Shown here: piece by piece, positions 10,504 through 21,270 of the stretch
Layout: each line of letters begins with the position of its first letter
Position numbering within the stretch: position 1 is the first letter of the stretch
Assembly (NCBI GenBank): GCA_018394315.1
Contig: CP074575.1
Coordinates: 2,078,615-2,142,614, forward strand
Length of the DNA stretch: 64,000 bases
Reading direction: 5' to 3'
Source of the DNA: Mycoplasmatota bacterium
GTDB lineage: Bacteria > Bacillota_I > Bacilli_A > MAG-NZ
Made by a program: the position numbers and the translations under genes
The notes under the pieces: model-generated
What the model saw: the letters and a program-made list of their open reading frames with translations, nothing else
Told to the model about the DNA's origin: nothing
Database searches by the model: none

Positions 10504-13500
10504 TTAATTAAATAAACCCTTTAACCATAAAACAAGCTTATTGAACATAGATAATTCTAAGCTTGATGTTAAAGGTACATCGCTAAACAAGTTATTAACA
10601 AGTGATTTATTTTCGTATTGGAAGTCAAATGAATATTCTTTACCATCCTTCATAAAAACAATCTTTTGTAAATCTACATTTTGTTCCTTTATTATGATTT
10701 CAATCCAATTCGGTGAAAAATCAAAGATTGTCTTCTTATCATAAGTAATATCAATGTTATCAGCTGAATAGAAACTATCATTCACATAGATATAATCTAA
10801 CTCATAATCAAAATCTCCCGTGAATCTAATCTTAACTTTGGTCTTATCATCCATTGAGACAATAGTATACTTCTTTAGTTGAGGCAAATCAAACTTAAGT
10901 TTTTCATAATCTTCTATGATTTCAAATACTGGTTTAACAATCAAGTCACTATTGATACTGGATAAGTCTTTATCCCATCCAAAAATCTTATAACCAGCTC
11001 TTTCAATTATTGGAGGATTAATTAAGTTAGAAGATGTAACAGTATCTGTTCTAATAACTTTATTATTGATGTCTAAAAATTTGACTGTATAACTATGTGA
11101 ATCAAATATTGCATAAATGCTTAAGTCACTTGTTATATCTACTAAAGATTCACTCCATCCTAAAAAATTATGTCCCTCTTTACTAACATTAGGAGCAATA
11201 ATAGTCTCACCATGATTAACTACTTTTTCACTGATTATAGTGTCATCCAAATAAAATGAAACATGATAACACATTCTTTCATATATGGGATTCACAACCA
11301 AATTTGAGGAAATGTCAGTAAGTGATTGATCCCAACCTATAAAGTTATAACCTATAACTACGGGAGCATCGTATTGAATATCACTTGATTCAGTAACTTG
11401 AAAACGTTCAAGTAGATTTCCATGTATATCAAAGAAAAGAACATTATAGATGATATCATCGTTAATTTCTTCATCTATTACTATATCAACTACAACTTCA
11501 TCAACTACAACTTCAGAATCATCTTCTGATGGTTCATCGTTACTATTAGTAGGATCACTTATTTTTTTATAAACAGCATAAATTTGTCGATCCTCTAGCA
11601 CTTCTAAATAATCACCATCCCACTTAACAAATTCATAACCATTAACTGTAGGTGGTATAGGTGGGATAGCATCACCATTATCATTCACAATAAATTCATC
11701 TATAATTTTTCCTTCAAACCCATAAAAAATAACTGTATGTATTTTCTCATCGAATTGAGCAATAATTGTCACATCGGACGTAATGTTATCGTAAGTATCA
11801 CTCCAAGAAGTAAAACTTGCATCCTCTTTTCTTGCTATTGGTGGAGAGGCACTTTCTCCATAATAAACCTCTTCAACTTTTAATATCTTAAAATCATAGT
11901 TCATAAAGGTGACAGTATATTTATTTTTCTCATAAACTGCATGAACATCTGTATCATTTACAATATTTTGATAGTTACTACTCCAATTCAAAAAGATATA
12001 ACCTTCAACATTTATCGTTTCTGGTAATAAAGCATCCTTATTGTAATCAACAGTCACCGTTGATACAAGTTCCTCAAAGCAGTAAAAATTGACACTAAAC
12101 TCTTTTATCTCATATGTTGCGATTACTGTTATGTCAGAAACAACATTACTTATGTCACCACTCCACCCTATAAAATCATACCCTTCACGGATAGGATCAT
12201 CAATCACTAATTCATCGCCATAAGAGACTATATAGCTATCAATTGTAGTTCCATTATAATCCCTCAAATATACATTATATTCATTTATTTCATATAATGC
12301 ATGAATACTTCTATTAGAGTCTATATTTTCATAATCCTCCTCCCAACAAACAAAATGGTATCCTTCAACTATAGGAGGCGTTGGTGGATTACCACTGTAT
12401 CCATAATTTATTTCTTCGGAAAGAATAATTCCATCATACCCATAGTAATCAACTGTAAAAGTATTTATACTGTATTCAGCAATTAAAGTAATATCACTTG
12501 AAATATTATTATATTCCCCACTCCACCCTATAAACGAATAGCCTTCTCTAGAAGCAACAGGTGGATTCGCATTAAATCCATGTTCAACACTATCGGTTTT
12601 AATAGTACTCCCATCGTAGTCTTTGAATGTAACTTGGTATTTATTAATTTCATAGATTGCGTGAATATTTTTATTCCTATAGATAGAACTATATTCTGAG
12701 TCCCACCCAATAAAATGATAACCAGTAATAAGAGGTGCTTCTGGTGGCGTACAACTATACCCATATAAAACATACTCAGTCTTTATGAGCTCATTTTCCA
12801 CAAAGAAATTGACAGTATACTTATTCACAATATACTCAGCTATCAATGTCCTACTTGAATTAATATCTAAATAGCTTCCGCTCCATCCAGTAAATGTATA
12901 ACCTATCCGAGAAGCACTTGGTGGAGAAGCATCATCTCCATAATCAACTTTAACACTTTTTAAAGTAGATCCATCATAATCCTTAAAGGTAACTGTATAT
13001 TCTCTAGCCTCATATCTAGCATAAATATCTAAATTTGATATTACATTAGTATAACTCTTGTCCCACCCTATGAATTTTTTACCTGTAACAACAGGGACTG
13101 CTGGAGGAGTTGCATCATAATCGTGATTGACAATCTCACTCTTTATTAAATCATTATAGTAGTCATAAAAATTAACCGTATATGTTATCCTTTCGTATTC
13201 AGCAAATAAAGTTCTATCAGAATCTATATTGGTAAAATTATTACTCCATCCAATAAAATCATATCCTATTCTGGAAACGCTTGGAGGATTAGCATTTTCT
13301 CCGTGTACCACTGTTTCAGTTTTTAATGTTCTTCCATCATAATCTTTAAAAACTACATTATAATCTCTAACTTCAAACTTAGCATAAACGTTAAGATTTG
13401 AAGTTATATTACTATAGCTTCTATCCCATCCCGTAAATTGATATCCCACTCTACTTGGATTAGTAGGTGTTATAGCTGAATCTCCGTCTCTTACATAATC

Positions 13501-13710
13501 TTGATCATGCAAAACAACACCATTATAAAATTTTACAGTATGGTAAATAAAATGCTCAGAGTAATTATTTGGATTTTGTAAACACAATTGATATTGATTT
13601 ATCCCTAAAGTAGGTAATACAAAGTACTCACAATCACTTACATCGTATGCTCTTGTGGCTTCTTTTGGAATGATAATTAATAAAATAATGATTAACAAAA
13701 CTCTTTTCAT
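10504..13710 (-). CDS. Secreted InlB B-repeat (Flg_new) protein with about 14 repeats
   Basis: Signal peptide; ~59-aa repeats YTVxF...P..GYxFxGW...DxxxxAxY. Confidence 0.88.
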   Translation of the reverse strand: MKRVLLIIILLIIIPKEATRAYDVSDCEYFVLPTLGINQYQLCLQNPNNYSEHFIYHTVKFYNGVVLHDQDYVRDGDSAITPTNPSRVGYQFTGWDRSYSNITSNLNVYAKFEVRDYNVVFKDYDGRTLKTETVVHGENANPPSVSRIGYDFIGWSNNFTNIDSDRTLFAEYERITYTVNFYDYYNDLIKSEIVNHDYDATPPAVPVVTGKKFIGWDKSYTNVISNLDIYARYEAREYTVTFKDYDGSTLKSVKVDYGDDASPPSASRIGYTFTGWSGSYLDINSSRTLIAEYIVNKYTVNFFVENELIKTEYVLYGYSCTPPEAPLITGYHFIGWDSEYSSIYRNKNIHAIYEINKYQVTFKDYDGSTIKTDSVEHGFNANPPVASREGYSFIGWSGEYNNISSDITLIAEYSINTFTVDYYGYDGIILSEEINYGYSGNPPTPPIVEGYHFVCWEEDYENIDSNRSIHALYEINEYNVYLRDYNGTTIDSYIVSYGDELVIDDPIREGYDFIGWSGDISNVVSDITVIATYEIKEFSVNFYCFEELVSTVTVDYNKDALLPETINVEGYIFLNWSSNYQNIVNDTDVHAVYEKNKYTVTFMNYDFKILKVEEVYYGESASPPIARKEDASFTSWSDTYDNITSDVTIIAQFDEKIHTVIFYGFEGKIIDEFIVNDNGDAIPPIPPTVNGYEFVKWDGDYLEVLEDRQIYAVYKKISDPTNSNDEPSEDDSEVVVDEVVVDIVIDEEINDDIIYNVLFFDIHGNLLERFQVTESSDIQYDAPVVIGYNFIGWDQSLTDISSNLVVNPIYERMCYHVSFYLDDTIISEKVVNHGETIIAPNVSKEGHNFLGWSESLVDITSDLSIYAIFDSHSYTVKFLDINNKVIRTDTVTSSNLINPPIIERAGYKIFGWDKDLSSINSDLIVKPVFEIIEDYEKLKFDLPQLKKYTIVSMDDKTKVKIRFTGDFDYELDYIYVNDSFYSADNIDITYDKKTIFDFSPNWIEIIIKEQNVDLQKIVFMKDGKEYSFDFQYENKSLVNNLFSDVPLTSSLELSMFNKLVLWLKGLFN

Positions 13711-13764
13711 AACTCACCTCGTTTATCTATTAAAGATATTTGTATGAATGCAGATTTTTACTAC

Positions 13765-13803
13765 AAAAAGCCTACTTTAGATGAGTCTAAAGTAGGCTTT
13801 TTT
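13765..13803. terminator. Strong intrinsic terminator
   Basis: AAAAAGCCTACTTTAGA-tgag-TCTAAAGTAGGCTTTTT, 17-bp stem. Confidence 0.85.
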
Positions 13804-13809
13804 AATTCA

Positions 13810-14433
13810 TTATCTTAGATCTAATTTCATATATGTCACATTATTTTTTTTATAAACTACCTCAAAACCAACCTTAGAGTAAATTAACTCATTTATACTT
13901 TCGCTAGTCTCAAGTAAAATCTCATCAAAATCATTATATATAACCCTTAATTTCCTAAACCATTTTGACATATACCCCTGACCTTTATATTCTGGTTTAA
14001 TACCGGCATTTAATAAATGCATTGTTTTTTCTTTGAAGTCGATATTCTTATAAGCATTCTTTAAATCATTATTAAAACAATTAAATTTCAGCAACTCGTT
14101 GATTTTGAGACTAAATAAAAACTTTAGACAAGTAAATAAAGCATTAGATTTAATGATTTGTCCTAAGGAAAACTTAGCATCTTTAATATCCACTAGTGTT
14201 ATATATCCTATTTCAATATCATCATCACAAACAACGATAATATCACCATATTTGTTGGCTATTTTATTAAGAATATGAAATAGATGAGTCAATACTTTTC
14301 TTCTCCTTGACTCACTTAAAACTACTTTCTTCCATTTAGAATGATTCAAAAATGCTTCACCATATAACTCAGATACCACTTTTATTTGAGCCTTACTAAA
14401 TCTCTCTAAGGATTTATCTTTATAATAAATCAT
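13810..14433 (-). CDS. GNAT-family N-acetyltransferase
   Basis: GIKPEYKGQGY motif A and LET...NxxIYSKVGF motif B. Confidence 0.75.
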   Translation of the reverse strand: MIYYKDKSLERFSKAQIKVVSELYGEAFLNHSKWKKVVLSESRRRKVLTHLFHILNKIANKYGDIIVVCDDDIEIGYITLVDIKDAKFSLGQIIKSNALFTCLKFLFSLKINELLKFNCFNNDLKNAYKNIDFKEKTMHLLNAGIKPEYKGQGYMSKWFRKLRVIYNDFDEILLETSESINELIYSKVGFEVVYKKNNVTYMKLDLR

Positions 14434-14573
14434 ATTTTCACCCACTTAAGTAAAACAATAACTTACAATAAAATATATCTTGAATTCTAATTCAATTATA
14501 CCATGTATGATTCTCTTTAAACTTTATAATGAATTCACAACTTTAAATATGTTATTATTAGATAGGTGATAAT

Positions 14574-15299
14574 ATGAAGTTATGTACATTTAATATATGG
14601 AATTCTAATACTGATTTTAATAGTAGAATGAATTTGCTTTCTAAATTAATCAAAGAGAATGAAATCGATATTTTAGCATTACAAGAAGTGAGAGACGAGA
14701 GTATAGTCAAAAAACTAGCAGATAATTGTGGTTATAAGTTCTATAATTTTTCTAACTATACTAATTATGGACTAGCAATCTTAAGTAAATTCCCGATAAG
14801 AGACATAAAAACAAATTTTGAGTCTGCTTCAGTTCACAACAGCTTGGTCCAACGATGCATTGTTAGCATAAATGATTTTGAAGTAGGCGTGACAAACGTT
14901 CATTTAGATTATGCATCTGAAGAAAATAGACTACTAGGGTTAGACGAGGCTTTAGACTTGATTGAGAATAATACAAATATTTTCGAAGTGCTCCTTGGTG
15001 ATTTTAACGTTGACTCAGAAAGTAATATTCACTTCGAACTTAGAATGGATGAGTTTGTAGATATATATCAAAGTTACTGTTTTAAAAGAAATATATTTCC
15101 AGAACCTACACTTGATTTTAACAATCCTAGATGGAAAAACGAAGAAATCAATCAGACCCCTGGGAGGTTCGACTGGATTTTTGTCCACACTAGTAATGAC
15201 TACAAAATAGTACATTCTGAGCTAATCGGGAAGGATGAAACTAATGGTATCACACCCAGTGACCATTACGGTGTAGTTGCTGAAATAAAACTACCATAA
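14574..15299 (+). CDS. Endonuclease/exonuclease/phosphatase (EEP) family protein
   Basis: TFNI, DILALQEV, NVHL, GDFN, RFDWIF, SDHYGV motifs. Confidence 0.92.
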   Translation: MKLCTFNIWNSNTDFNSRMNLLSKLIKENEIDILALQEVRDESIVKKLADNCGYKFYNFSNYTNYGLAILSKFPIRDIKTNFESASVHNSLVQRCIVSINDFEVGVTNVHLDYASEENRLLGLDEALDLIENNTNIFEVLLGDFNVDSESNIHFELRMDEFVDIYQSYCFKRNIFPEPTLDFNNPRWKNEEINQTPGRFDWIFVHTSNDYKIVHSELIGKDETNGITPSDHYGVVAEIKLP

Positions 15300-15317
15300 A
15301 AAAAAAATTAAAGTACC

Positions 15318-15347
15318 AAAAAAAGCATCTACTTGATGCTTTTTTTT
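15318..15347. terminator. Bidirectional intrinsic terminator
   Basis: A7-GCATC-tactt-GATGC-T8 between convergent genes. Confidence 0.75.
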
Positions 15348-16233
15348 ACCTCTTCACTAACACTCTAAACGCTTTAGGAACAATCTTAAACTGAGCAGGT
15401 AACACTCCACCATACTCTCCATCGATATCTATTGAAACATCACTAACAGATTCTATATATATATCCTTAGTCTTGAAATATGATACATTTGGATGGTTTA
15501 TGTGTTTTCCACTTAATAGGTTAAAAAAGATCGAAACTATACTTTGGATATCAGATTTCTTAATAATTAAACAATCTAATAATCCATCTTCTATTTCAGC
15601 TAAAGGAGCTAATTTCTTAAATCCTCCAATTGAAGAACTATTTGATACTATAAAGAGCAATATTTCCTCTTCACTACTATATTCTTCACTGACAAATCTA
15701 ACCTTTACTGGTTTAAACCCTTTAGGCAATTCTTTTAATCCTTCTAAATAATATGCCATTCTCCCAAATACTGTTTTAGTCTCAGAAGATACTTGGTGAG
15801 CAACATTTGTCAAGAAACCTCCAGCAGCTACATTAACAAAATAATTACTTCCTGCTACTCCTAGGTCAACATCCTTATAAAAGCCTTCTTCAATCATATT
15901 ACAAAATTCATTAGGATTACTAGGAAGTCCCAAAATAGACGCAAAATCATTCACGGTTCCAGAAGAAACAATAGCGACTGGAATTTTTCGCCCACCTAAA
16001 GCAATTCCGTTAGCAACTTCATTCATTGTTCCATCACCACCACATGCAATGATGATATCCCAATTCTCTTTACAACACTTTATTGTTTCATTTTTCGCAT
16101 CATTTTTCTTTTCTGTATAATACCTACTAACTAAATAACCCTTGTCTAATAAATTCAAACACATATTATCAATCTTTTTCTGGAAAGATTGTCTTCCAGA
16201 CGAAGGATTAATAATCATCTTTATTTTTTTCAT
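15346..16233 (-). CDS. YegS/Rv2252/BmrU-family lipid (diacylglycerol) kinase
   Basis: INPSSG, GGDGT.NEV, GTVNDFA, DIDGE motifs. Confidence 0.92.
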   Translation of the reverse strand: MKKIKMIINPSSGRQSFQKKIDNMCLNLLDKGYLVSRYYTEKKNDAKNETIKCCKENWDIIIACGGDGTMNEVANGIALGGRKIPVAIVSSGTVNDFASILGLPSNPNEFCNMIEEGFYKDVDLGVAGSNYFVNVAAGGFLTNVAHQVSSETKTVFGRMAYYLEGLKELPKGFKPVKVRFVSEEYSSEEEILLFIVSNSSSIGGFKKLAPLAEIEDGLLDCLIIKKSDIQSIVSIFFNLLSGKHINHPNVSYFKTKDIYIESVSDVSIDIDGEYGGVLPAQFKIVPKAFRVLVKR

Positions 16234-16417
16234 ACTGCTCTCCCCTACATTTAATAAAGATACCTGTTAATCGTTTAAAGTTTCTATTTTAAATTAGTTA
16301 AATTATCCAATATTTAGGCTTATAATACTTATACTCATTAAATCTCATTCAAAAACGAATTATAAGTAAGTGAGTGTATTTCTTTTCTTCAAAATTTAGT
16401 AGATAATCTTATTAGTC

Positions 16418-17185
16418 CTAATCTATTACCTCTTCAAATTTGTCATTTTGATTAGGTAGCATTAGTCTTGTGAACCATAGAATTATGAGACTATTAAGAG
16501 CTAATCTTACTAAACCTCCTCCAAATGGAAGATTTGCTGTTATAAATCCAACAATAGTGATATTAAAAGCAACTCTTGTAATTGCATTAATAATGACTAA
16601 TGGTGTAACTGCATAGAATGTAAGTTTATACATATTAGAATATCCAATATTTTCTTTAAAGAATCCTTTAACCAATATTTCATTTATTATTGTTCTTAAT
16701 AAATTAAATATCAAGTGACCTATCCAAGTGAAAAATGTGATTATAACGAAAATTATAAATACAGCTGTTCCCTTAGTTTTACTGAATAGCACTAATGCAT
16801 CTTCATATTTAAAATCACTTGAATGATGATTCATCTGAGATAACCATTCTTCATATGTATAAGTGATTCCACCTACGCTTATCATATCCTTCGTAAGTAA
16901 AGTCCCAGTAAAACCATTTATTGTTGATCCATCTCTATTAAGGTCAATCACTAGATTACCAAAAATATAATAATCATCGTTACATGTTAATTGATAATCA
17001 TCAATATAACATCCAAATTCACTATAATATTCGTCAATTGCTTCTTGGGTATACATTAAATTAATACCCTTAGAAAGTATTAATGAAATCGATAATGCAA
17101 AGATAATTGATAAAATACCAGCATATAAAATTGTAAAAAAGAATCCTTTTTTGGATAACCTGTACATAAAATTGAAAATTCTCAT
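16418..17185 (-). CDS. Membrane protein, DUF1189-like
   Basis: N-terminal TM, soluble loop, C-terminal TMs with YSNMYKLTFYAVTP. Confidence 0.6.
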   Translation of the reverse strand: MRIFNFMYRLSKKGFFFTILYAGILSIIFALSISLILSKGINLMYTQEAIDEYYSEFGCYIDDYQLTCNDDYYIFGNLVIDLNRDGSTINGFTGTLLTKDMISVGGITYTYEEWLSQMNHHSSDFKYEDALVLFSKTKGTAVFIIFVIITFFTWIGHLIFNLLRTIINEILVKGFFKENIGYSNMYKLTFYAVTPLVIINAITRVAFNITIVGFITANLPFGGGLVRLALNSLIILWFTRLMLPNQNDKFEEVID

Positions 17186-17280
17186 AAATATTTTCCTTCA
17201 CTTTCTAAAAGTAATCCATAAATAGTATAACACATTAATTTTTGAGATTAACTAATTTATCCAGTTTTATTTATTAGTAA

Positions 17281-19221
17281 TTATATTGACTTCAGATATA
17301 ATTTTCTATTAAGTGGATTTACTTTAGATCTTGCTTTATCTTTAGTAAGTTCTATTTTACTATCATGATAACCATCAAAAACTGTTTCAAATACACCCTT
17401 ACCTTTTGTAAATGATGCTAGCTCTATTCTATAATTGTAAGACGTCTCTATTGGTATTAATCCTTCAATAATAGCTTCACCATTTATTATTTCAGGATGA
17501 CTATATACAGCTCTCATTTTCTGTAAATCATATAGTACTCTTCCTATTTCACTTTCTTTTATTCTTATCACAAATCTATTTCTTGGTTCTAATAATTTAG
17601 TTCTTGCTTTATCCAGCGCTTCCATAAACACTAGTGGTGTTAGCCTTCTAAAATCTGCTGGTGTACTGCAAACGCTACTGTAAAAGGCTTTGTTAAACGA
17701 TACAAGTGCATCAGTTACTTCCCAGCCAAACAGCCCTTCTTTTGCTGTTTCAAAAACAGCCTCTCTTACTGCATTTTGAAATGGTTTCAGTATATACCCG
17801 TATGAAACATTAGACTGATAATTTAGTCCACTTCCAGTTGGTAAGGGTTCTATTTTAAGTCCAATTTCAGCTGCAAATGGGTGCTTATCTTTATATTTAA
17901 TATGAGATTCAGCTGCAGCAACTGGTTTCTCTACATAAATCACTTCAATATTAGATAATCGAACACTGATGCCATATTTTTCTAAAAGTAATGATTTTAT
18001 AACCTCCATCTGAATTTGTCCTACAAGATTAATAGATAATTCATTATTTAGTGGGTTTTTCTTGAAATCGAGTAATGGGTCTTGATTACTTAGTTCTGTT
18101 AGAACAGATACTAGTTTAGGTAAATCACTATTCTTTATGGGACATATCTTAGAGCTTAGAGTTGTTTTTGGAATTGTGTAGGTTTTTATCGAATCCGAAT
18201 ATTCTCCAATAATATCACCGATTTCAATGTTATCTAACCCATAAATAACTGCAATATCTCCTTCGAAAATGGATTCAGTTTTTATAAGTTTCCCGTTTAC
18301 AATAGATTTCAAATTCTTTACCTTTACTTCCAAATCCTTATTGGCAATTCTCATTTTGTCTCTATTACGTAATACTCCACTAAAAATTCTTGCATATGCA
18401 ATTTTATAACCCAAGCCATCCCTATCTATTTTGAAAATCACTCCAGATAAATCATCGTAAGACATTTCTCTTTTTCTCAAAAAAAATTTCTTTACTCCGT
18501 CTAATAATTCATTTATTCCCTTATCTGAAAGTGCTGATCCTGAGAAAACAGGAAAACATTTTCCATCTAATGTAATTTTTTTTAAAACCAGTTCAATTTC
18601 ATCATCACTAACATTCTCATCATTCAAAAATTTTTCTAATAGTAGATCGTCATATTTTATTAATAAATTTAGTGCATCACTTAAGTATTTTACATTTATG
18701 ATATCTAAGTGTCCAAAACCCTCATTTATACACTTATTCATTAAAATTACATCTTCAGATAATTCGCTTGTTATTTCTTCGACAACGCTTTTGAAATTTA
18801 CACCTGATCTATCCATCTTGTTAATGAATATTATTGTCGGTATTTCTAATTTTCTCAATGCACTCCACAAGACTTTTGTTTGTGTCTGAACTCCTTCTTT
18901 TCCAGAGATAACTAATATCGCACAATCTAATACACATAAAACTCTTTCCACTTCAGCGATAAAATCAATATGACCAGGAGTATCTATTAAATTCACCTTC
19001 ATATCATCTAAGTAGAATGAACTTGTAGCTGACTTTATCGATATTCCTCTTCTTCTTTCTATTTGCATAGAATCAGTTTGCGTATTACCTAAGTCGACTC
19101 GACCTACTTTATTGATTACACCCGTCTTATATAAAAAGTTTTCTGTGATTGTCGTCTTACCAGCATCAACATGAGCGAAAATGCCCAAATTAATCGGTTT
19201 ATATTTACTTTCCTTTATCAT
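17281..19221 (-). CDS. TetM/TetO/TetB(P)-like ribosomal protection GTPase
   Basis: AHVDAGKTT, RGISI, DTPGH, NKMD; domain IV loop YSSVCSTPADFR (TetM has YSPVSTPADFR). Start at ATG 19221 after GGAGG. Confidence 0.88.
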   Translation of the reverse strand: MIKESKYKPINLGIFAHVDAGKTTITENFLYKTGVINKVGRVDLGNTQTDSMQIERRRGISIKSATSSFYLDDMKVNLIDTPGHIDFIAEVERVLCVLDCAILVISGKEGVQTQTKVLWSALRKLEIPTIIFINKMDRSGVNFKSVVEEITSELSEDVILMNKCINEGFGHLDIINVKYLSDALNLLIKYDDLLLEKFLNDENVSDDEIELVLKKITLDGKCFPVFSGSALSDKGINELLDGVKKFFLRKREMSYDDLSGVIFKIDRDGLGYKIAYARIFSGVLRNRDKMRIANKDLEVKVKNLKSIVNGKLIKTESIFEGDIAVIYGLDNIEIGDIIGEYSDSIKTYTIPKTTLSSKICPIKNSDLPKLVSVLTELSNQDPLLDFKKNPLNNELSINLVGQIQMEVIKSLLLEKYGISVRLSNIEVIYVEKPVAAAESHIKYKDKHPFAAEIGLKIEPLPTGSGLNYQSNVSYGYILKPFQNAVREAVFETAKEGLFGWEVTDALVSFNKAFYSSVCSTPADFRRLTPLVFMEALDKARTKLLEPRNRFVIRIKESEIGRVLYDLQKMRAVYSHPEIINGEAIIEGLIPIETSYNYRIELASFTKGKGVFETVFDGYHDSKIELTKDKARSKVNPLNRKLYLKSI

Positions 19222-19254
19222 TTTTCCTCCAATAGTTTGTTTTATTAAGCAAAC

Positions 19255-19286
19255 AAAAAAATCCTTCACAACTGAAAAGGATTTTG
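19255..19286 (-). terminator. Attenuator terminator in the RPP leader
   Basis: Minus strand AAAATCCTTttcagttgtgAAGGATTTTTTT, between the leader ORF and the RPP start. Confidence 0.7.
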
Positions 19287-19322
19287 CTATTAATAAAAGA
19301 CTATTAGATATTATAGACTAAT

Positions 19323-19385
19323 TTAAAAACCTCTCACAAGTGAAATATTTTTCTGTATCAAGTTTTTTACGTTAGTCTTCTTCAT
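19323..19385 (-). CDS. Putative leader peptide MKKTNVKNLIQKNISLVRGF (20 aa)
   Basis: GAGGTG RBS a few nt before the ATG; lies upstream of the terminator and the RPP gene. Confidence 0.65.
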   Translation of the reverse strand: MKKTNVKNLIQKNISLVRGF

Positions 19386-19662
19386 ATTTACACCTCGCAA
19401 TAGATTCTTTAAAAATTATATCATTAGAGTTCATCTGTGTCAATTAAGGAGATACTAAAAGTATAGTTTTCTTATATAACTCATATAATTTTTTCATTAC
19501 ACTATAGAAGATTGAATGAAAATCACTATAATATCAAAAAATAATAGTATTATAGAAAATTTTATATTAAATCATGTATTTACAATATATAAAAGAATAC
19601 TATTGATTTCTAATATATTATATGTAAGAATAGAAATTGTATTTAAATTTTAGGAGGATAAG

Positions 19663-21180
19663 ATGTCAGACTTAAGTATACTTAATCATTTTTGGCTAAC
19701 ACTTTTAATTTTATTACCTATTATATTGATATCGCGTACAGTTGTCGCAGGAACAAAGTACTCACCAATATTGATAATTGTAATTTTTGGATTACTACTT
19801 GGAGTGATTTTGCAAGTAACAGGTATCGGTAGCCCCGGCCTATCTGAATTTCCAGTAATAGGATTATCTTCTTCTGTTACTGTAACAGCACTTATTGTTA
19901 CTTTCTTTGTTGGTGGACAAAAATTAAGAAATACATTCTTTAAACCGAAGTTACCTGGAGAAGATGATATTGAATTAAATGAAAATGAAGTTGTTTTAGG
20001 AACTAGAGGAACGCAGTTGGTTTTCATTATAAGATCTTACTTTATCCTACTTGGGATTGAAGGATTAAAAAGAATTATTATAGGAGACATAACTACGGGA
20101 CTAGTTGATTTTTACCCGCTAATAGCATTCTTTGGATTAGCTGGATCTATTATCCTAATTGATAATAGAGCAAAAATTTCGAATAAGAGAAATTATCTTG
20201 GAAGAGGAATCATTGAAATAATATCTATTTTAGTTATATTAATACTATCATATTATATAGCTATTTGGATCAAGGAGATTATTGCACTTCCGCAAATATT
20301 CTTTGCAATGTTAATTAGTAGTGGATTAGGAATGTACTTTTCTAACTGGAAAGCTGGACCCACAATGAGAGCTCTATTATTTGCGGGAATACCAATGGTA
20401 CTAGCTGCTGTATTCTTAATAGGTGGATCTAGATTATTGAACGCCTTCAGCCTCGAAGGAATGCTTCAAGTTATGGCATTTGGATTCTTTGGACAATTGT
20501 TCTGGATGTTCATAGGTGTAGCTTTATTAGTATTTATCGGTAGATCAAATAAAATAGATATTGTAGCTCCTGGTATGGCTGGAGCACTTTCACACTCTGG
20601 GCTAACAGGCGCTTGTACTTCAGGAGATCTTGGTGAGGTAGCAAAAGATAGAGCACCTGTAATGATAAACATTCCATTCTTTGGTCATTTATTTGTATTC
20701 ACAATACTCGCTGCGAGTGCATCAAGAAGAGAGTTATTAATCGTTCCTAGTATAGTAGTAGTACTATTTGGTATATTATTTACCTACTTATCACTTAAAA
20801 CATTAATGAATGCAAAAAATGAAGAAAGCAAAGAAATCAAAGGATTGATTTTATTCTCACTTGGATGGCAATTAATCGCTGTTTTCGGTGGATTCATGTT
20901 ATTAAGCGCAGCAGGTATGAGTTTAGAATATGCAGCTATGTCCAACAGTGCAGCAATTTCACACTTTGGCCTATTCGCTTCCATCCAAGGAGGCATGTTC
21001 GGTGTTGAATCTGCAGCTTTGATATCATTTATATTTGCGATGCCATTCTTAATTCATCCAATAGTATTTGGAATGTTTGGTAAAGCTATGAGCAATAAAG
21101 GTGAAATGCCTAGAAAGGCAATTGCATTTCTTGCTATTATAGGAGTTGTCGGCGTTATTTACTCACTAGTATTCTTATAA
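19663..21180 (+). CDS. Polytopic membrane protein of unknown family, probable transporter
   Basis: About 14 hydrophobic segments, internal duplication (SHxGL and PFxxH motifs twice), AGGAGG RBS. Confidence 0.8.
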   Translation: MSDLSILNHFWLTLLILLPIILISRTVVAGTKYSPILIIVIFGLLLGVILQVTGIGSPGLSEFPVIGLSSSVTVTALIVTFFVGGQKLRNTFFKPKLPGEDDIELNENEVVLGTRGTQLVFIIRSYFILLGIEGLKRIIIGDITTGLVDFYPLIAFFGLAGSIILIDNRAKISNKRNYLGRGIIEIISILVILILSYYIAIWIKEIIALPQIFFAMLISSGLGMYFSNWKAGPTMRALLFAGIPMVLAAVFLIGGSRLLNAFSLEGMLQVMAFGFFGQLFWMFIGVALLVFIGRSNKIDIVAPGMAGALSHSGLTGACTSGDLGEVAKDRAPVMINIPFFGHLFVFTILAASASRRELLIVPSIVVVLFGILFTYLSLKTLMNAKNEESKEIKGLILFSLGWQLIAVFGGFMLLSAAGMSLEYAAMSNSAAISHFGLFASIQGGMFGVESAALISFIFAMPFLIHPIVFGMFGKAMSNKGEMPRKAIAFLAIIGVVGVIYSLVFL

Positions 21181-21270
21181 AACATAACCTCATGATAACC
21201 TTATTTAGGATACCATGGGGTTTTTATAAAAAAAGATAGATTAACTATCCATCTTACTTATTATGTTCAT

